A stretch of DNA of 64,000 nt from Octopus vulgaris (lineage: Eukaryota). Both the position numbers and the translations under genes were made by a program. Where the stretch lies: NCBI GenBank assembly GCA_951406725.2, contig OX597815.1, positions 47,802,001-47,866,000 of the forward strand, written 5' to 3'. The notes beneath the pieces are model-generated. The model was not told the origin of the DNA, did not search any database, and saw only the letters and a program-made list of their open reading frames with translations. This document shows, in pieces, positions 26,836 to 39,714 of this stretch (positions are counted from its first letter, which is position 1; every line of letters begins with the position of its first letter).

Positions 26836-26906
26836 TCACTATCTGGAATCGAAATCGGAATCTTGGGGTTAGTAGCCTGCGCTCTTAACTACTGCGCCAT
26901 ATGCCC
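26618..26906 (-). mobile_element. tRNA-headed SINE carrying (AAT)n and a hammerhead motif
   Basis: Minus strand: tRNA-like head GGGCATATGGCGCAGTAGTTAAGAGCGCAGGCTACTAACCCCAAGATTCCGATTTCGATTCC, then (AAT)n, an HHR at 26671-26716 and tail TGTAAATAATGTAAATAA. Confidence 0.82.
26671..26716 (-). ncRNA. Minimal hammerhead motif inside the SINE (GAAA mutated to AAAA)
   Basis: GACAC-CTGATGA-A-GGCTG..TAACC-AAAA-CG-TT-GTGTT, with stem I GACAC/GTGTT. Confidence 0.72.
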
Positions 26907-26933
26907 ACGAGCATATGGCGTGGTAGCTAAGAG

Positions 26934-27864
26934 TACTGCGGGTGTGGCAGCACTTCCCAGCCGTGCGTTTGAATGGCTTCCTTGGTCATATTGGCGATAT
27001 GAGGGCGGGTGCTGTCATGCAGCAGAACTCCATGCTGCCGATTAGGTCTTTTCTCTTGAATAGCCGTGTTGAGTTGTTCCATCTGTTGAACATAGAGCTC
27101 CGCGTTGACCATTTGGTTCTGTTCAAGCAATTGGTAATGGATAATCCGTTCCTAGTCCCACCATACGCACAACATCGTTTTACGCGGATGAAGATCTTGT
27201 TTCACGCGCGGTGTCGCTTGTTTACCGGGGCTAAGCCATTCCTTACACTGCTTCATATTGATATACAGGCACCATTTTTCGTCACAAGTAACGATTCTGT
27301 AAAGAAATCGTTGCTTGTGTCCATGAGTTGAGCGGTGACGAGTAAGTAAACCAGCGGAGATTGTGGCTCGTTGATTTTTGTTGTTGTCTCTTAAAGCATG
27401 CGGAACCCATGCTCCGTACTTCTGAACCTTTCCCATCGAGTGAAGACGCTTCTATATAGCAGTGTGATAGCATTCCATTTTTTCTGCTAGTTCCCTTGTC
27501 GTTTGACGAGAATTTTCACGCAAAAGTTGGTTTAATCACTCTTCATCGAACTCAAATATCCATTTTTGAACTTGGCATACCAATCACGAGCGGTTCTTTC
27601 AGCTAAAGCACCCTCTCCATACACAGCACAAATGTCGTGAGCAGCTTTTGCGGCCTTAGAACCTTGATTAAAAGCAAAAAGGAGGTGTCGAAAATGCTCG
27701 TGTTTCTTAACTTGACATTCCATTTTAATGATCTCAAAATAAACAAAAATTCACTAGAATTAACTAGAAAAAAAATAGATTCCAAAATGATTCAAAAACA
27801 GAATTCTCGAAAAAAATAAATTCCAAAATTTAAAAAAACAGCGGGAACTTAGTTACCAACCCAA
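26934..27864 (-). mobile_element. Mariner (Mos1-like) transposon, frameshifted and 3'-truncated
   Basis: Fragments MECQVKKHEHFRHLL...TARDWYAKFKNG, WVPHAL, RIVTCDEKWCLY, KTMLCVWWD, LLHDSTRPH and GWEVLPHPQYS. One TIR (..AACTTAGTTACCAACCCAA) followed by TA at 27865. Confidence 0.95.
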
Positions 27865-27877
27865 TATATAAATATAT

Positions 27878-27956
<79 letters not shown>

Positions 27957-27999
27957 TGAAAGAATGGAGTCGAACGAAGATGTTAACAAAATTCCTTTA

Positions 28000-28081
28000 C
28001 TCTCGACACATGTTTCGAAGACAGCATATTTTCATGCCGAAGGAATAATGGCTGCATTATGCAATCTTCTCATCGGGAAAA
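28000..28081 (-). ncRNA. Hammerhead motif, left arm (CCGAUGA core variant, intact GUC)
   Basis: TTTC-CCGATGA-GAAGA...TCTTC-GAAA-CATGTG-TC-GAGAG. Confidence 0.75.
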
Positions 28082-28222
28082 GAAAAGGAGCCTCTCTCGA
28101 CAACAAGACAAACAAAAATTTCGATGATTGCCTACATGGTAACCAAACCATTATCGCTTTGGTTACCATGTAGGCAATCATCGAAATTTTTGTTTGTCTT
28201 GTTGTCGAGAGAGGCTCCTTTT

Positions 28223-28304
28223 CTTTCCTGATGAGAAGATCGCATAATGCACCCTTTATTCCTTCGGAATGAAAACATGCTGTCTTCGAAACATGTGCCG
28301 AGAG
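28223..28304 (+). ncRNA. Hammerhead motif, right arm (intact CUGAUGA, cleavage triplet GCC)
   Basis: CTTTC-CTGATGA-GAAGA...TCTTC-GAAA-CATGTG-CC-GAGAG. Confidence 0.75.
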
Positions 28305-28508
28305 TAAAGAAATTTTGTTAACATCTTCGTTCGACTCCATTCTTTCATTTATTCATATACAACACACAAATTTCTACACATGAACCCGGAGTTTCTACCC
28401 TTGACAGGTCGCTTCAACCGTGTTTTCTGACGTGAATTTGCTACCCAGGTTTCGGTTAAACGAATTTTCCATGCTGACGATAAACATAGGATAATTCATT
28501 CACCTACT

Positions 28509-28579
<71 letters not shown>

Positions 28580-28639
28580 CAGTTTGATTCGGCATCATGC
28601 AACTTAGTTTCGTAGCAACCGAATATGTGTGCGCGCGTA

Positions 28640-28725
<86 letters not shown>

Positions 28726-28759
28726 TGTATGTGTGTGTGTGTGTGTGTGTAAGGATAAA

Positions 28760-28935
28760 GGTGGTGAGAGGGCAGAATCGTTGGTGCATCGGAGAAAGTA
28801 CCAAGCGGATTTCTTCAAGGTCTTTACTTTCTAAGTTCAAATTCCACCGCAGTCGACTTTGCCTTTCATCCTTTCGGAGATGATAAAATAAAGTACCAGT
28901 TGAATACTGGGATTGATAGTACCGACTATTCTGCT
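28760..28935 (+). mobile_element. SINE family B-related degraded copy
   Basis: GGCAGAATCGTT...AGTTCAAATTCCACCGCAGTCGACTTTGCCTTTCATCCTTTCGG...AAGTACCAGTT. Confidence 0.8.
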
Positions 28936-29464
28936 CACACAAAAGTATCATGGAAGAAACGTGTCAGATTGAAGTGTAAAACAAAGTTTTATATTCGTTT
29001 CTATAAAGCAAGTTTTTTCTATAAAGATGAACGACTGTAAATGAAAATATGCTATCAAATGTAAACAGAAGAATATATGTGAATTAGGTAAAGTGAGAAC
29101 ACAGACATACTCAGAAATATGTTTGTGTGTATGTGTGTATAAATATAAACACACCCAATTTTGTAAATATATTCACGCATGCACAAATATATGCCTACAT
29201 ATGCACAGAAATATACATGCATATATACATACTTGCACACACGCGAACACACACATATTTCACACACGCATTAATTTAAAAGTTAAAGCATTTTTCTTTT
29301 CGAAATTTGAATTCTTTTCATCATTTTGTATTAATACCAAGAAATTTGATAGCAGTTAAATTACAATTATTGTATGTAAGCCATATTTCCTTACATAACC
29401 CATTGTTGCAAAAGAATATGTTGAAGTTACCCGTTATGTGAATGGTAACACTCTAGTTTGAATC

Positions 29465-29884
29465 GGCGGCGAGCTGGCAGAAACGTTAGCACGCCGGGCG
29501 AAATGCTTAGCAGTATTTCGTCTGCTGTCATGTTCTGAGTTCAAATTCCGCCGAAGTCGACTTTGCCTTTCGTCCTTTCGGGGGCAATTAAATAAGTACC
29601 AGTTACGCACTGGGGGTGATTATAATCGACTTAATCCATTTGTCTGTCCTTGTTTGTCCTCTCTGTGTTTATCCCCTTGTGGGTAGTAAAGAAATAGGTA
29701 TTTCGTCTGCCGTTACGTTCTGAGTTCAAATTCCGCTGAGGTCGACTTTGCCTTTCATCCTTTCGGGGGTCGATTAAATAAGTACCAGTTACGCACTGGT
29801 GTCGATACAATCGACTTAATCCGTTTGTCTGTCCTTGTTTGTCCCCTCTGTGTTTAGCCCTTTGTGGGTAGTAAAGAAATAGGT
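29465..29884 (+). mobile_element. SINE family B, dimeric copy with TSD
   Basis: Head GGCGGCGAGCTGGCAG and two ~185-bp units. GGTAACACTCTAGTTT is repeated at ~29444 and ~29882. Confidence 0.93.
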
Positions 29885-30291
29885 AACACTCTAGTTTTAA
29901 TATATTTTAAACTCCTAAAACAAAACTAAATAAAAGCTAAGAACAATTTTTTTCCCCAAAAAGTTTATACTACAGCATTTTGCAACTTGGTAAAAAGTAG
30001 ATTCTAAAGAAATACCAATGGGAACTCTGAAACGAAAGAAAATAATAACCTCTAAAGCATCAGTAGAAGAATTAAATTATGCTTGTCAAAAAGAAGTGAA
30101 GTAAAATCAAGGGTGAAACAGAAAGTAATGCAAATAAGAATTGCATTACTTTCTGACTCAGCTTCGTATGAGTCGTCCACATAGAGGCAAAAGAAACCTA
30201 ATCGCATTTACATTTTCGAGAAGTATCATGAGTGCACTTCAAGTATCCTCGTAGCTCAGGCCCAAGATTAACTTAACGCCATCATGGCAAA

Positions 30292-32770
30292 CTAATCATT
30301 GAATGGCCAGTTTGGCAATGCTTTGGATGTGTCACAGAGAACCATGCGATAGCACTTGGCGGCTTCCTTGTTCAGTACTTTGCTGCATCTAAATATGATG
30401 GTCAAAATAAGAATGGTAGGAAAATGGACAGAAGAATGACAATAAGCATATATCCATATCTTTAAAATAACCAACATAAAAATTATTTTTATAAGATTCT
30501 TAAAATTTTTTACAAAACGTTTTGATGTGTTTTGTTCCATGAATATTCAAATACAAATAATCATTCCTAAAATCATTTAAATAAAAATTGGAAAATATTT
30601 TTCATATAATAAATTTGGCAATGATATATTTTAAATCCCCAAATTTCATTAATTTATCGAATTTTAATTTGTTTTCATACCTTTTGGAATATTTTTAGTA
30701 ATCTGTAATTTTAGAAAATTAACTATGCCAAAATGATAATTATTTTATTTTGTTATAAAGTAAAATTTTAGTTTAAAAGAAAAATAGTTTTTTGATATTT
30801 TGGGGCAATCAGTGCATCTAATGGGTATTAAATTCTCAATTTAAATATAACTTTTTTTCTCTTTTAATCTAGGTTCATGTTATCGATACCCACACAGACA
30901 ATGATTGTTGACCAACAAAATATATCCTCTTTGGGTTCCAGTACACAAAGAATCTAGCATTAATATAAAATAAAAATCATTATTAAAAAATATTATATAA
31001 CATAAATATAGTATGTCGAAATAACTATGTTTATATGTTTTGTATATAAAAAACACAAAATTGTCAGCGACAGCAGTCAAATTTTATATTTCGCATCAGT
31101 TTATTCCAGGTACCATTTTTGACAGTTTTCTGCTTTAGATTCTTTTCGCTTAGATCCTCAGAGACATTTTAACTATCTTATTTTTTCTTAAAGAACCGAT
31201 ATTTGGTGAAGGTGAATTTAGATGTTACTCTCATTTAAGTCAGTTCATTTTTGCATTACGTTCAGCACAACTCATGTATGGCTGTAACATCTCAACTAAA
31301 AATTATGTCACCGTATACATAAGGTATATAAAGGTAAATATTTCGCTACTCGTTTTTCGTGTAACTTGTTTCTGTTTAATGTTAGTAGTTCTGCTTGTAT
31401 ATATATCCATCTAACTTTCTAAAAGTTATATGGATATATACTGCTTTGTGATAATACTAGCGAGCTCACTTTTTATGTTGTGCAGTGATAGCATTTACAG
31501 AATTGATTTGCTTCTGGTTGATCTAAAACATGGCAAACTTGCAACGCATAGATCTATGCATGGTTTATTAAATGTAGTTCGCAGAGTATCACCAGAATAA
31601 AATGTTGCTTTCAGTTAGTAAATTTAAAGACCAGGTGCAGCAATATTTATTGCTTACTATAATTACTATAATTCGTACTTACTATAATTCGTACATTTAA
31701 AACGGTCCAATACACAGAAATAAATAGATAACAATATCAGAAATAATCCTTTCTTATATAGGCACTAAGTCCTGAAACTTTAGGGAAAGGGGTAAATCGA
31801 TTACATCGACCCCGATTGTTCAACTGGTACTTATTTTATTGACCCGAAAGGATGAATGGCACAGTTGACCACGGGGAATTTGAACTTGGACGAAATGCCG
31901 CGAAACATTTTGTGTGAAATTCGATTGCTGTTGTTTTGTTGTTATTGTTTAACGATCGTTAGCCGTGATTCAGCAGACTTGATCAAAGATATTCCACTAT
32001 TGATCATCTCGTCTTAGTTTTCAGTATAATGTACAGATCTATATTATCTAATGTGTCGTCTTAGAAAAGACAAAGGTGTACAATTTGAGGGACATTTGGC
32101 TACAATTTTTTACAGGTTAATCCCAACTACCACATGTGATATTTGTTTGTTGTTGTTAAGAACAATACTGATGTTAATCCAACAGACCAATGAACAGGAT
32201 ATTTCAATCTTATCTTTTTTTTTTTTTTAGCGACAGTATTTCTAGGAATCACAATAATAAAGTGGGAGTTAACATATTGGATATATAACCTAATAAATCT
32301 TAATTAAAATTACATATTTAATGATGAGAACAATATTAATCTAAGCAATTCTAGTAAAAAGAAAGGGGACCAGGGGATACAACCTCAAGTTTATAATTAG
32401 TTAAAATTAAGTAATTAAGGAAGCTAGTGAGTTGTGACACTGACCTTTAAGCAGTACAATGACAACTTCGGGAATGTTCGGCCTTATCAAAAGTCCTCTG
32501 TGATGCATAACCTAAACATTATGTGCCATTATGAGTGACACATATGATGGCAGATAAATTCGTTCCTTTTGGGGGTTGGGCTTTTTTTTCCTTTTATTAC
32601 TGTCCTTTCCTAAGTTATTTGAATTAACACGGTATGCATTTTTGTAGCTCTATTTCTCCTCTACAACTTTAGCGTTTCTTGAAAATTAGTAAATTTTACC
32701 TTACCTTATACGTACGACAATGGAGTGTCGAGTACGAAAAAAAGTATGAACGAATTTATTTTTTCAGCAC
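30292..32770 (-). pseudogene. Decayed 5-exon gene for a small secreted cysteine-rich Ly6/uPAR (three-finger)-like protein
   Basis: Exons at ~32770-32705, 31522-31470, 31295-31260, 30953-30890 and 30388-30292 are joined by GT-AG introns. They give KINSFILFFVLDTPLSYV*/DQPEANQFCKCYHCTT(fs)/IEMLQPYMSCAE/HSLCTGTQRGYILLVNNHCLCG/CSKVLNKEAAKCYRMVLCDTSKALPNWPFND*. The last three exons splice in frame. Confidence 0.55.
31750..31915 (-). mobile_element. SINE family B-related degraded copy
   Basis: TCGATTACATCGACCCC...AACTGGTACTTATTTTATTGACCCGAAAGGATGAA. Confidence 0.75.
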
Positions 32771-33658
32771 TCTATATATGTCATTCAAAAATCTATTTTT
32801 TTAAAACGATATGAATGGTTTAAGAGCAAGACCTGGCTGTTATTTCTAGCTGGCCGAGACACTACTTAAGAGGCCTCTCTTGGTACGTTTGGTAACTAGA
32901 TATGTTGAACGATATGAATGACAATAGTAAGGGTCGGGGATAGAAGAAGGGGTCATAATCAGCAAATGTCAGTTTGGTGTGAAAAAAATTTGGTTCCGCA
33001 ATGCCCTGGGTTCTCCACGTGTTAATTTAATCTACGACAACAACTTAATCTAAGGATTAATGGGATTCCGCCTTACTGTCAACAAGAGACTGACTGTATC
33101 CTGACTTGTCATTAACAATCGTTCGCGAAAAGACCTTCCGACAACACATTGTGCTGCTCTCAGTGAGTATGTGTACTTGAATAAGCGAGTGTGTGTGTGT
33201 TGTGTGCGAGCCACTTGTTATCTAGTCATAAGTACTTATGTAGTGTTTATAAGTAAAAGCGTATGTGAATATATGTATGTACGTATATATGTATATGCGT
33301 TATGTGTATGCGGTTATGTGTATGCGTGTATGTAGTATGTATGTATGTATGTATGTATGTATGTATGTATGTATGTATGTATCTTATGTAACTTAGCAGC
33401 TCGGTGAGAAGAGACCAATGGGATAAGTACCAAGCATTAAAAATACTAGGGTCAATTTGACTAAACCCAACAATGTGGTGCCCCAGCATGACCACAGTCT
33501 AATGACTGAAATACGTAGAAGATAAAAGATAAAAAGCTGTATGTATGTGTATATATATATACACACACACATACAGAGAGAGAGAGAGAAAGAGAGAAGG
33601 AGAGAGACACATACACTCATATATACAGGCACACATGTACAGATATATATATATATAT

Positions 33659-34266
<608 letters not shown>

Positions 34267-34739
34267 GTACATATATTCATACTTTTACACACACACATAC
34301 ACATACATAATTTACATTTGATGCTATTATAACTTATAGTGTCACACATGTAACCTCATGCGTACAGACAGTACATATACAAAATTCGTCCCATACTTGG
34401 AAAAAGTTAAAATCTTATTGTAAGTGTTAGTGACTATCAAGGCAAAAGGACGATAATCTAAAGAAAATTTATTAATTTCTCTGAAAATTGAATATTCTTG
34501 CTCAAGGAAGAAATGTAATATTTGTTAACAATTCAGGTGACAGATACAACATATTTGGGTCTTATTAAACCTCGCCAGCAAACCATTTTTCTCAGGACTG
34601 CTTTAATCAGAGATTTTTACGAGTAGGGAGACTTACGAAGAATCTGATTGCCTTAGTAACACATATGTCTTTTGACTGGATGTGTGTGTGTGTGTGTATG
34701 AGTGTGTGTGTGTGTGTGTGCGTGTGTGTATGAGTGTGT

Positions 34740-34825
<86 letters not shown>

Positions 34826-34957
34826 ATATATGGTGTAACCGTGTGGCTGACACGTTTGCTCCACGACCACAAAATTCTGGAAAAGGATCTCCGAGTGTTA
34901 TTATTTTGCCTGGAACTTGGAATTGGAAGCCGAAAATTGGACAGAGTCCCATTGTTT

Positions 34958-35062
<105 letters not shown>

Positions 35063-35476
35063 AACACACACACCCACATATAGGCAATATCAAATCTCTG
35101 AGAGAGAGAATAAACAGTAGCAGTACGGAATCGTAAAATATAATTGACAGCTAAATATGGCGGTCCTATAGAAGACGATGCTACTGTTGTTTTTAGCCCC
35201 AAGAGGACGTCTCCTCCAACTGGCTAACGACACACTGCCTGTGGCTGATTAGTATTTGCGAGGGAAATCCTCGTTCCCATCTCTAGCCTTACGACACACA
35301 CGGGTTTGTGCGTATCTGTGTGTATATATGGAGTATATAATGTGCGTATATATATATATATATATATATATAGTAGTTAATCCAAACATGAAAACACAAA
35401 GTGAAAACACAACGACGCGAGGACGTGGGACAATTATAGTATTATTGGACGCACAGGAAGGAAGGGAAGAAGGAGG

Positions 35477-35511
35477 GTTTAACGTTTCGAGCGGAGCTCT
35501 TCGTCAGAAAC
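35477..35511 (-). ncRNA. Minimal type-I hammerhead ribozyme, intact core
   Basis: GTTT-CTGACGA-A-GAGC TCC GCTC-GAAA-CG-TT-AAAC, with palindromic stem III AACGTT. Confidence 0.85.
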
Positions 35512-35565
35512 ATAGGAAAAGGAAAGATCTAGAGAAGGGAAGACGGAGGAAAAAAATCGCCAACG

Positions 35566-35695
<130 letters not shown>

Positions 35696-35823
35696 CGGTA
35701 AGCTTTATGAAAATAGACAAAAGACGAAGGCAGGTTTACGGAAATAAACAAAAGACGAAGGCAGGTAGAATACAAACAAACAATTGCATTAGTATGGCGC
35801 TCAGGAAATATAAATGAAACAAG

Positions 35824-35861
35824 TCTTTAACGTTTCGAGCCTACGCTCTTCAACAGAAAGA
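35824..35861 (-). ncRNA. Minimal hammerhead variant (CUGUUGA core)
   Basis: TCTTT-CTGTTGA-A-GAGC GTAG GCTC-GAAA-CG-TT-AAAGA. Confidence 0.78.
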
Positions 35862-36883
35862 TACACAGAGAAAAAAACACAGAAAGAAGGAGATACATAT
35901 ATATAGAGAGAGATACATAGATAGATATATACACACACACACACACATACACATTCAAACACACATAATATATGTGTGCGTGTGAGAACTTTAAACTTTT
36001 ACAATGAATAGTTCAACAGTGGCTTCCAAATTTTGGCTTGCTCTCCGTCAACGTTCCATTCCGACTATAATATTCAAGCAACGTGAAATACAGCAGTTTA
36101 ATCCAATGTAGTCTCAAATATAAATTTTTTTTATGACAGTATGAGGTGATTTAAGTAAAAATTGGTTGCTATTTCTAGCAGCTTGGAAACATATGGATCT
36201 CTTGTATTGTATATCCACATATTTAATAATATGCTTACCGTTAAGTTATGCCGAAAACAGCCATACATCAGCTAATCCTAACCCATTTTCTACCCACGAC
36301 TTCTCATTCTTCACCCTAACCTTTTTCTTTTCTGTTTCCCTCCTTCCTCCTATCTTTATGTTCTGTTGGTAGCGGGGGCTAAGATAGTCAGACATGTTAG
36401 TTATTAAGGGAACTTGTTTGTCCAGGTGGTTGAAATTTGACGAAGACCACCCAAGCGGAGAAGCAAAGACACGATCTCAGTGAAAGAGAGAGTCGGAGGT
36501 ATTGATTAGAATTATAAACAAAAATGACTGGAAGATGAGATTCTGGTGAAAGAGAGAGGAGGAGGGGGAGGGAGAGAGCGGGGGAGAAAGAGGGAAAGAG
36601 AGAGACCAATTATGAACCAGTGTTCGTAAGTGTGTATGGGAGGGAGGGTTAGTCTTTGTATGTTCGTGTTTTTTGTCTGCATATGAGTGTAAGGGATGCA
36701 GAAATACAGACTGCGAAGGTATACAATCTCAGAGAGATAAACACAAACGAAACAGTATGGTCATGTAATTGTATGCATGTATGTGGGTATCTATATTTTG
36801 ACTATGCATATATGCGTATATACGTGTGAATCTACATGCATACACGCACATACACACACACACACATATATATTTATACTATA

Positions 36884-36937
<54 letters not shown>

Positions 36938-37010
36938 CATAGTTTTATATATATATACAAATATATATATATATTTATATATATATATATATAATATACA
37001 TGTATGCATG

Positions 37011-37056
<46 letters not shown>

Positions 37057-37068
37057 CATGTATGCATG

Positions 37069-37124
<56 letters not shown>

Positions 37125-37248
37125 CATGTATGCATGTATTATATATATAGTGTATATATATTTATATATATACACTATATATATGTATAGTGTATTTATA
37201 CACTATATATAGTGTATATATATTTATATATATATGTGTGTGTGTATA

Positions 37249-37286
<38 letters not shown>

Positions 37287-37349
37287 GCCACACACTCACA
37301 CTCGCGCGTGCGCACGTGTAGCCTGTGATGATGGAACTCTGCTAAAATT

Positions 37350-37800
37350 AGGTGTTCCCAGGGATCCATTCCGTTTTTACCCATACACTTTCTCTTAATA
37401 CTTCGACAAACTACTCGATGTCACCTCCCAAAACGTCCACTCTTATGTGAATGATACTACCCGTCATCCTTCCCTTACTTTCCCCATCCGAGTGTCATTT
37501 ACATGCAACCAAGACATCGCACGCAGATCTGCACTTACTCCATGATCAGGGCCTAAAACCTTCCCTCAATAGAGTTAGGCCAATCTTCTCTCAATCAACA
37601 GTAAAAAAAAGAAAACAACACAAGTATCAGGAAAACATTCACCCGCCTTTCTTTACATCCGTCGTGATTTCTCTAAATGTTAAGCCCCTCTGTTATTGAA
37701 AAGCCCTTCTGGCAAATGCACATCCTGAACATAACAAAGACTGCATCTCAGAAACCGTGAGTAGATCATCTCTCAATAGCCGTTCGTCTACAAAACGCAG
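37350..37800 (+). mobile_element. L2/CR1-group LINE reverse transcriptase relic
   Basis: Degraded GVPQGS motif (GGTGTTCCCAGGGATCC) followed by QNVHSYVNDTT, the YADD box equivalent. Confidence 0.65.
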
Positions 37801-38443
37801 GTGAGAGTTTCAAAGAAGAACAGTCCCATGTTTGGGACAGTACCATTTCGAGAGAGGGGGAGGGAGAGAGACAGAGATAGAGAGACAGACAGAGGCGGGG
37901 GCGAGAGAAACGCCTAGATGAACAGGAAACCACTCGTAAACAAACTTTACTATCTGATGTATAAATGTTCTTCCTCCGTTCTCAACCTTTTCTATAACTA
38001 CTATAATAGCTATAATGGTCACTATACCTTTGAAATGGATGGTTTGTCGTTCCTCCTATGCTCATGCTCTCTCAATTCAAGCATTTCCTCTCCTATCATG
38101 ATTCATATTGTGTCCAATCTAATCAGGCCCTGAACCAACCAATATATTAGATCTTTTCTCCGAGGAATGTTGGCATTCTTTCACTCAACCCTTTGCGCAT
38201 GTCTTTCCTGCGGTCGACTATTATCGAGAGTAGTTTAAGTATTAAGTTAACCTCATGAGTCTCGAAGGATCTGCAACGGCCATGAGCAATGCTCTTCCTG
38301 CAGACCCTGCAAGTAAAATTCAGTATCTGAGCACACGCAGTCGTGCTCACATATTCAGTTATATTAATATATGCACTTGCACATACACACACTGAGAGAG
38401 AGAGAGAAGGATACCTTTATAACAAACATTAAAAAATATATAA

Positions 38444-38511
<68 letters not shown>

Positions 38512-38642
38512 TTATTTATTTAAACACATAAGAGATGGCTATAATAGGACATCTGACTCACTAGAAAGAGCAGTTAAACTCCAAACCACTAATAGTTGTA
38601 ATTCTGAAATTGAAAGAGAAATAAAAACGTTTACCCTATCTT

Positions 38643-38728
38643 TCCTGGACTATGCATAGTTTCGGCAATCTTTGTAAATAAAATAAAATTATTTTATTTT
38701 ACAATTGGCGTTGCCATCTTCAGCAGGA
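38643..38728 (-). ncRNA. Fully intact type-I hammerhead ribozyme
   Basis: TCCTG-CTGAAGA-T-GGCAA[AT-rich hairpin]TTGCC-GAAA-CTA TGCA TAG-TC-CAGGA. All three stems pair perfectly and the triplet is GUC. Predicted cut between 38648 and 38647. Confidence 0.92.
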
Positions 38729-38988
38729 CGCCAAGGCTAGCATATAGGCACGAGGCGATAAGGACCATACCTCGAGTCTATATGCTATAACTTTTCAAAA
38801 TCCACCACGCTCGCGCGGTTTTTCAGCAGTAAATATAACTGACGATTTAATTTCAAAATTAGCCAAAAAATCCTTCTGGCGGAGAATTTTTCTAGAATTT
38901 CCTAGAATTTTGTTTTGCTACCCTAAAATTTATTAATATATATATATACGAAAGAAGGTTTGAAAATGCAATTTAAAAGATGTTTATT

Positions 38989-39031
38989 TACTTAACCGGT
39001 TTCACTCTTTGGTAAAAGATTGTCAAAAGTA
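38989..39031 (-). ncRNA. Degenerate hammerhead motif
   Basis: TACTT-TTGACAA-TCTTT TACC AAAGA GT-GAAA-CCGG-TT-AAGTA. Stems are intact but the CUGANGA box is mutated at two positions. Confidence 0.55.
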
Positions 39032-39644
39032 ACATTGAATATTATGGGTTCAAAAAAGTTTTTTACATAATTGTCACATTGAATATTATGAATTCAAAAA
39101 TGTTTTTTTATACATAATTGTCACATTACATGTATAAATATAGTGTTTGGTAACAGAGATATGTTAAGGGCATAAAGAAGTTCAATAGTGTGATGAGAAT
39201 ATTTGGAAAAATTGGCAGAAAAGAATAAAACAAATATATTATTGGAAATTTGGTTGCGTTAATTATTGGTTGTCGCAAATTGTCACATTACATGTATATA
39301 TATACAGTCTTTGGTAGAAAGGACATGTTAAAGACATAAGGAAGTGCAATAGTTTGGTGAGAAAATTTGTAATATTGACAGAAAAAATTAAAATGGATAT
39401 TTTATACATCTCGGAATATTTTGAATTGAAGGCGAGAATTTGTTTTTACTGACCTGTTCGCTTTAGCAGAAAAGTTGAATTGAGAGAAAAAAATGTGTAC
39501 CCAGTTTTGTTTATGGTTCCCCTTCAAGCATCAATGATTTCGGGGTTATCGGGAGGTGAGTATGCGGGTGTGAATAGATGTGTCCGTGTGCCTGCAGTAT
39601 TTGGTCAGACGGCGTCTGTTTGTCACACACATATACACACACAC

Positions 39645-39706
<62 letters not shown>

Positions 39707-39714
39707 ATGTATAA

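Larger units (their letters stand above)
27952..28349. repeat. ~195-bp-arm inverted repeat with a 10-nt spacer; each arm carries a hammerhead motif
   Basis: Arms at 27952-28147 and 28158-28349, spacer CCATTATCGC. Adjacent to (TA)n. Confidence 0.95.

Noticed and set aside
26840-26906. Functional tRNA gene (also SINE heads at 13566, 29465, 62666)
   Set aside because: No complete cloverleaf or acceptor stem, and each continues into a SINE body.
38252-38310. Possible minus-strand exon after a strong acceptor (TTTTACTTGCAG)
   Set aside because: Weak donor, no recognisable peptide and no partner exons.
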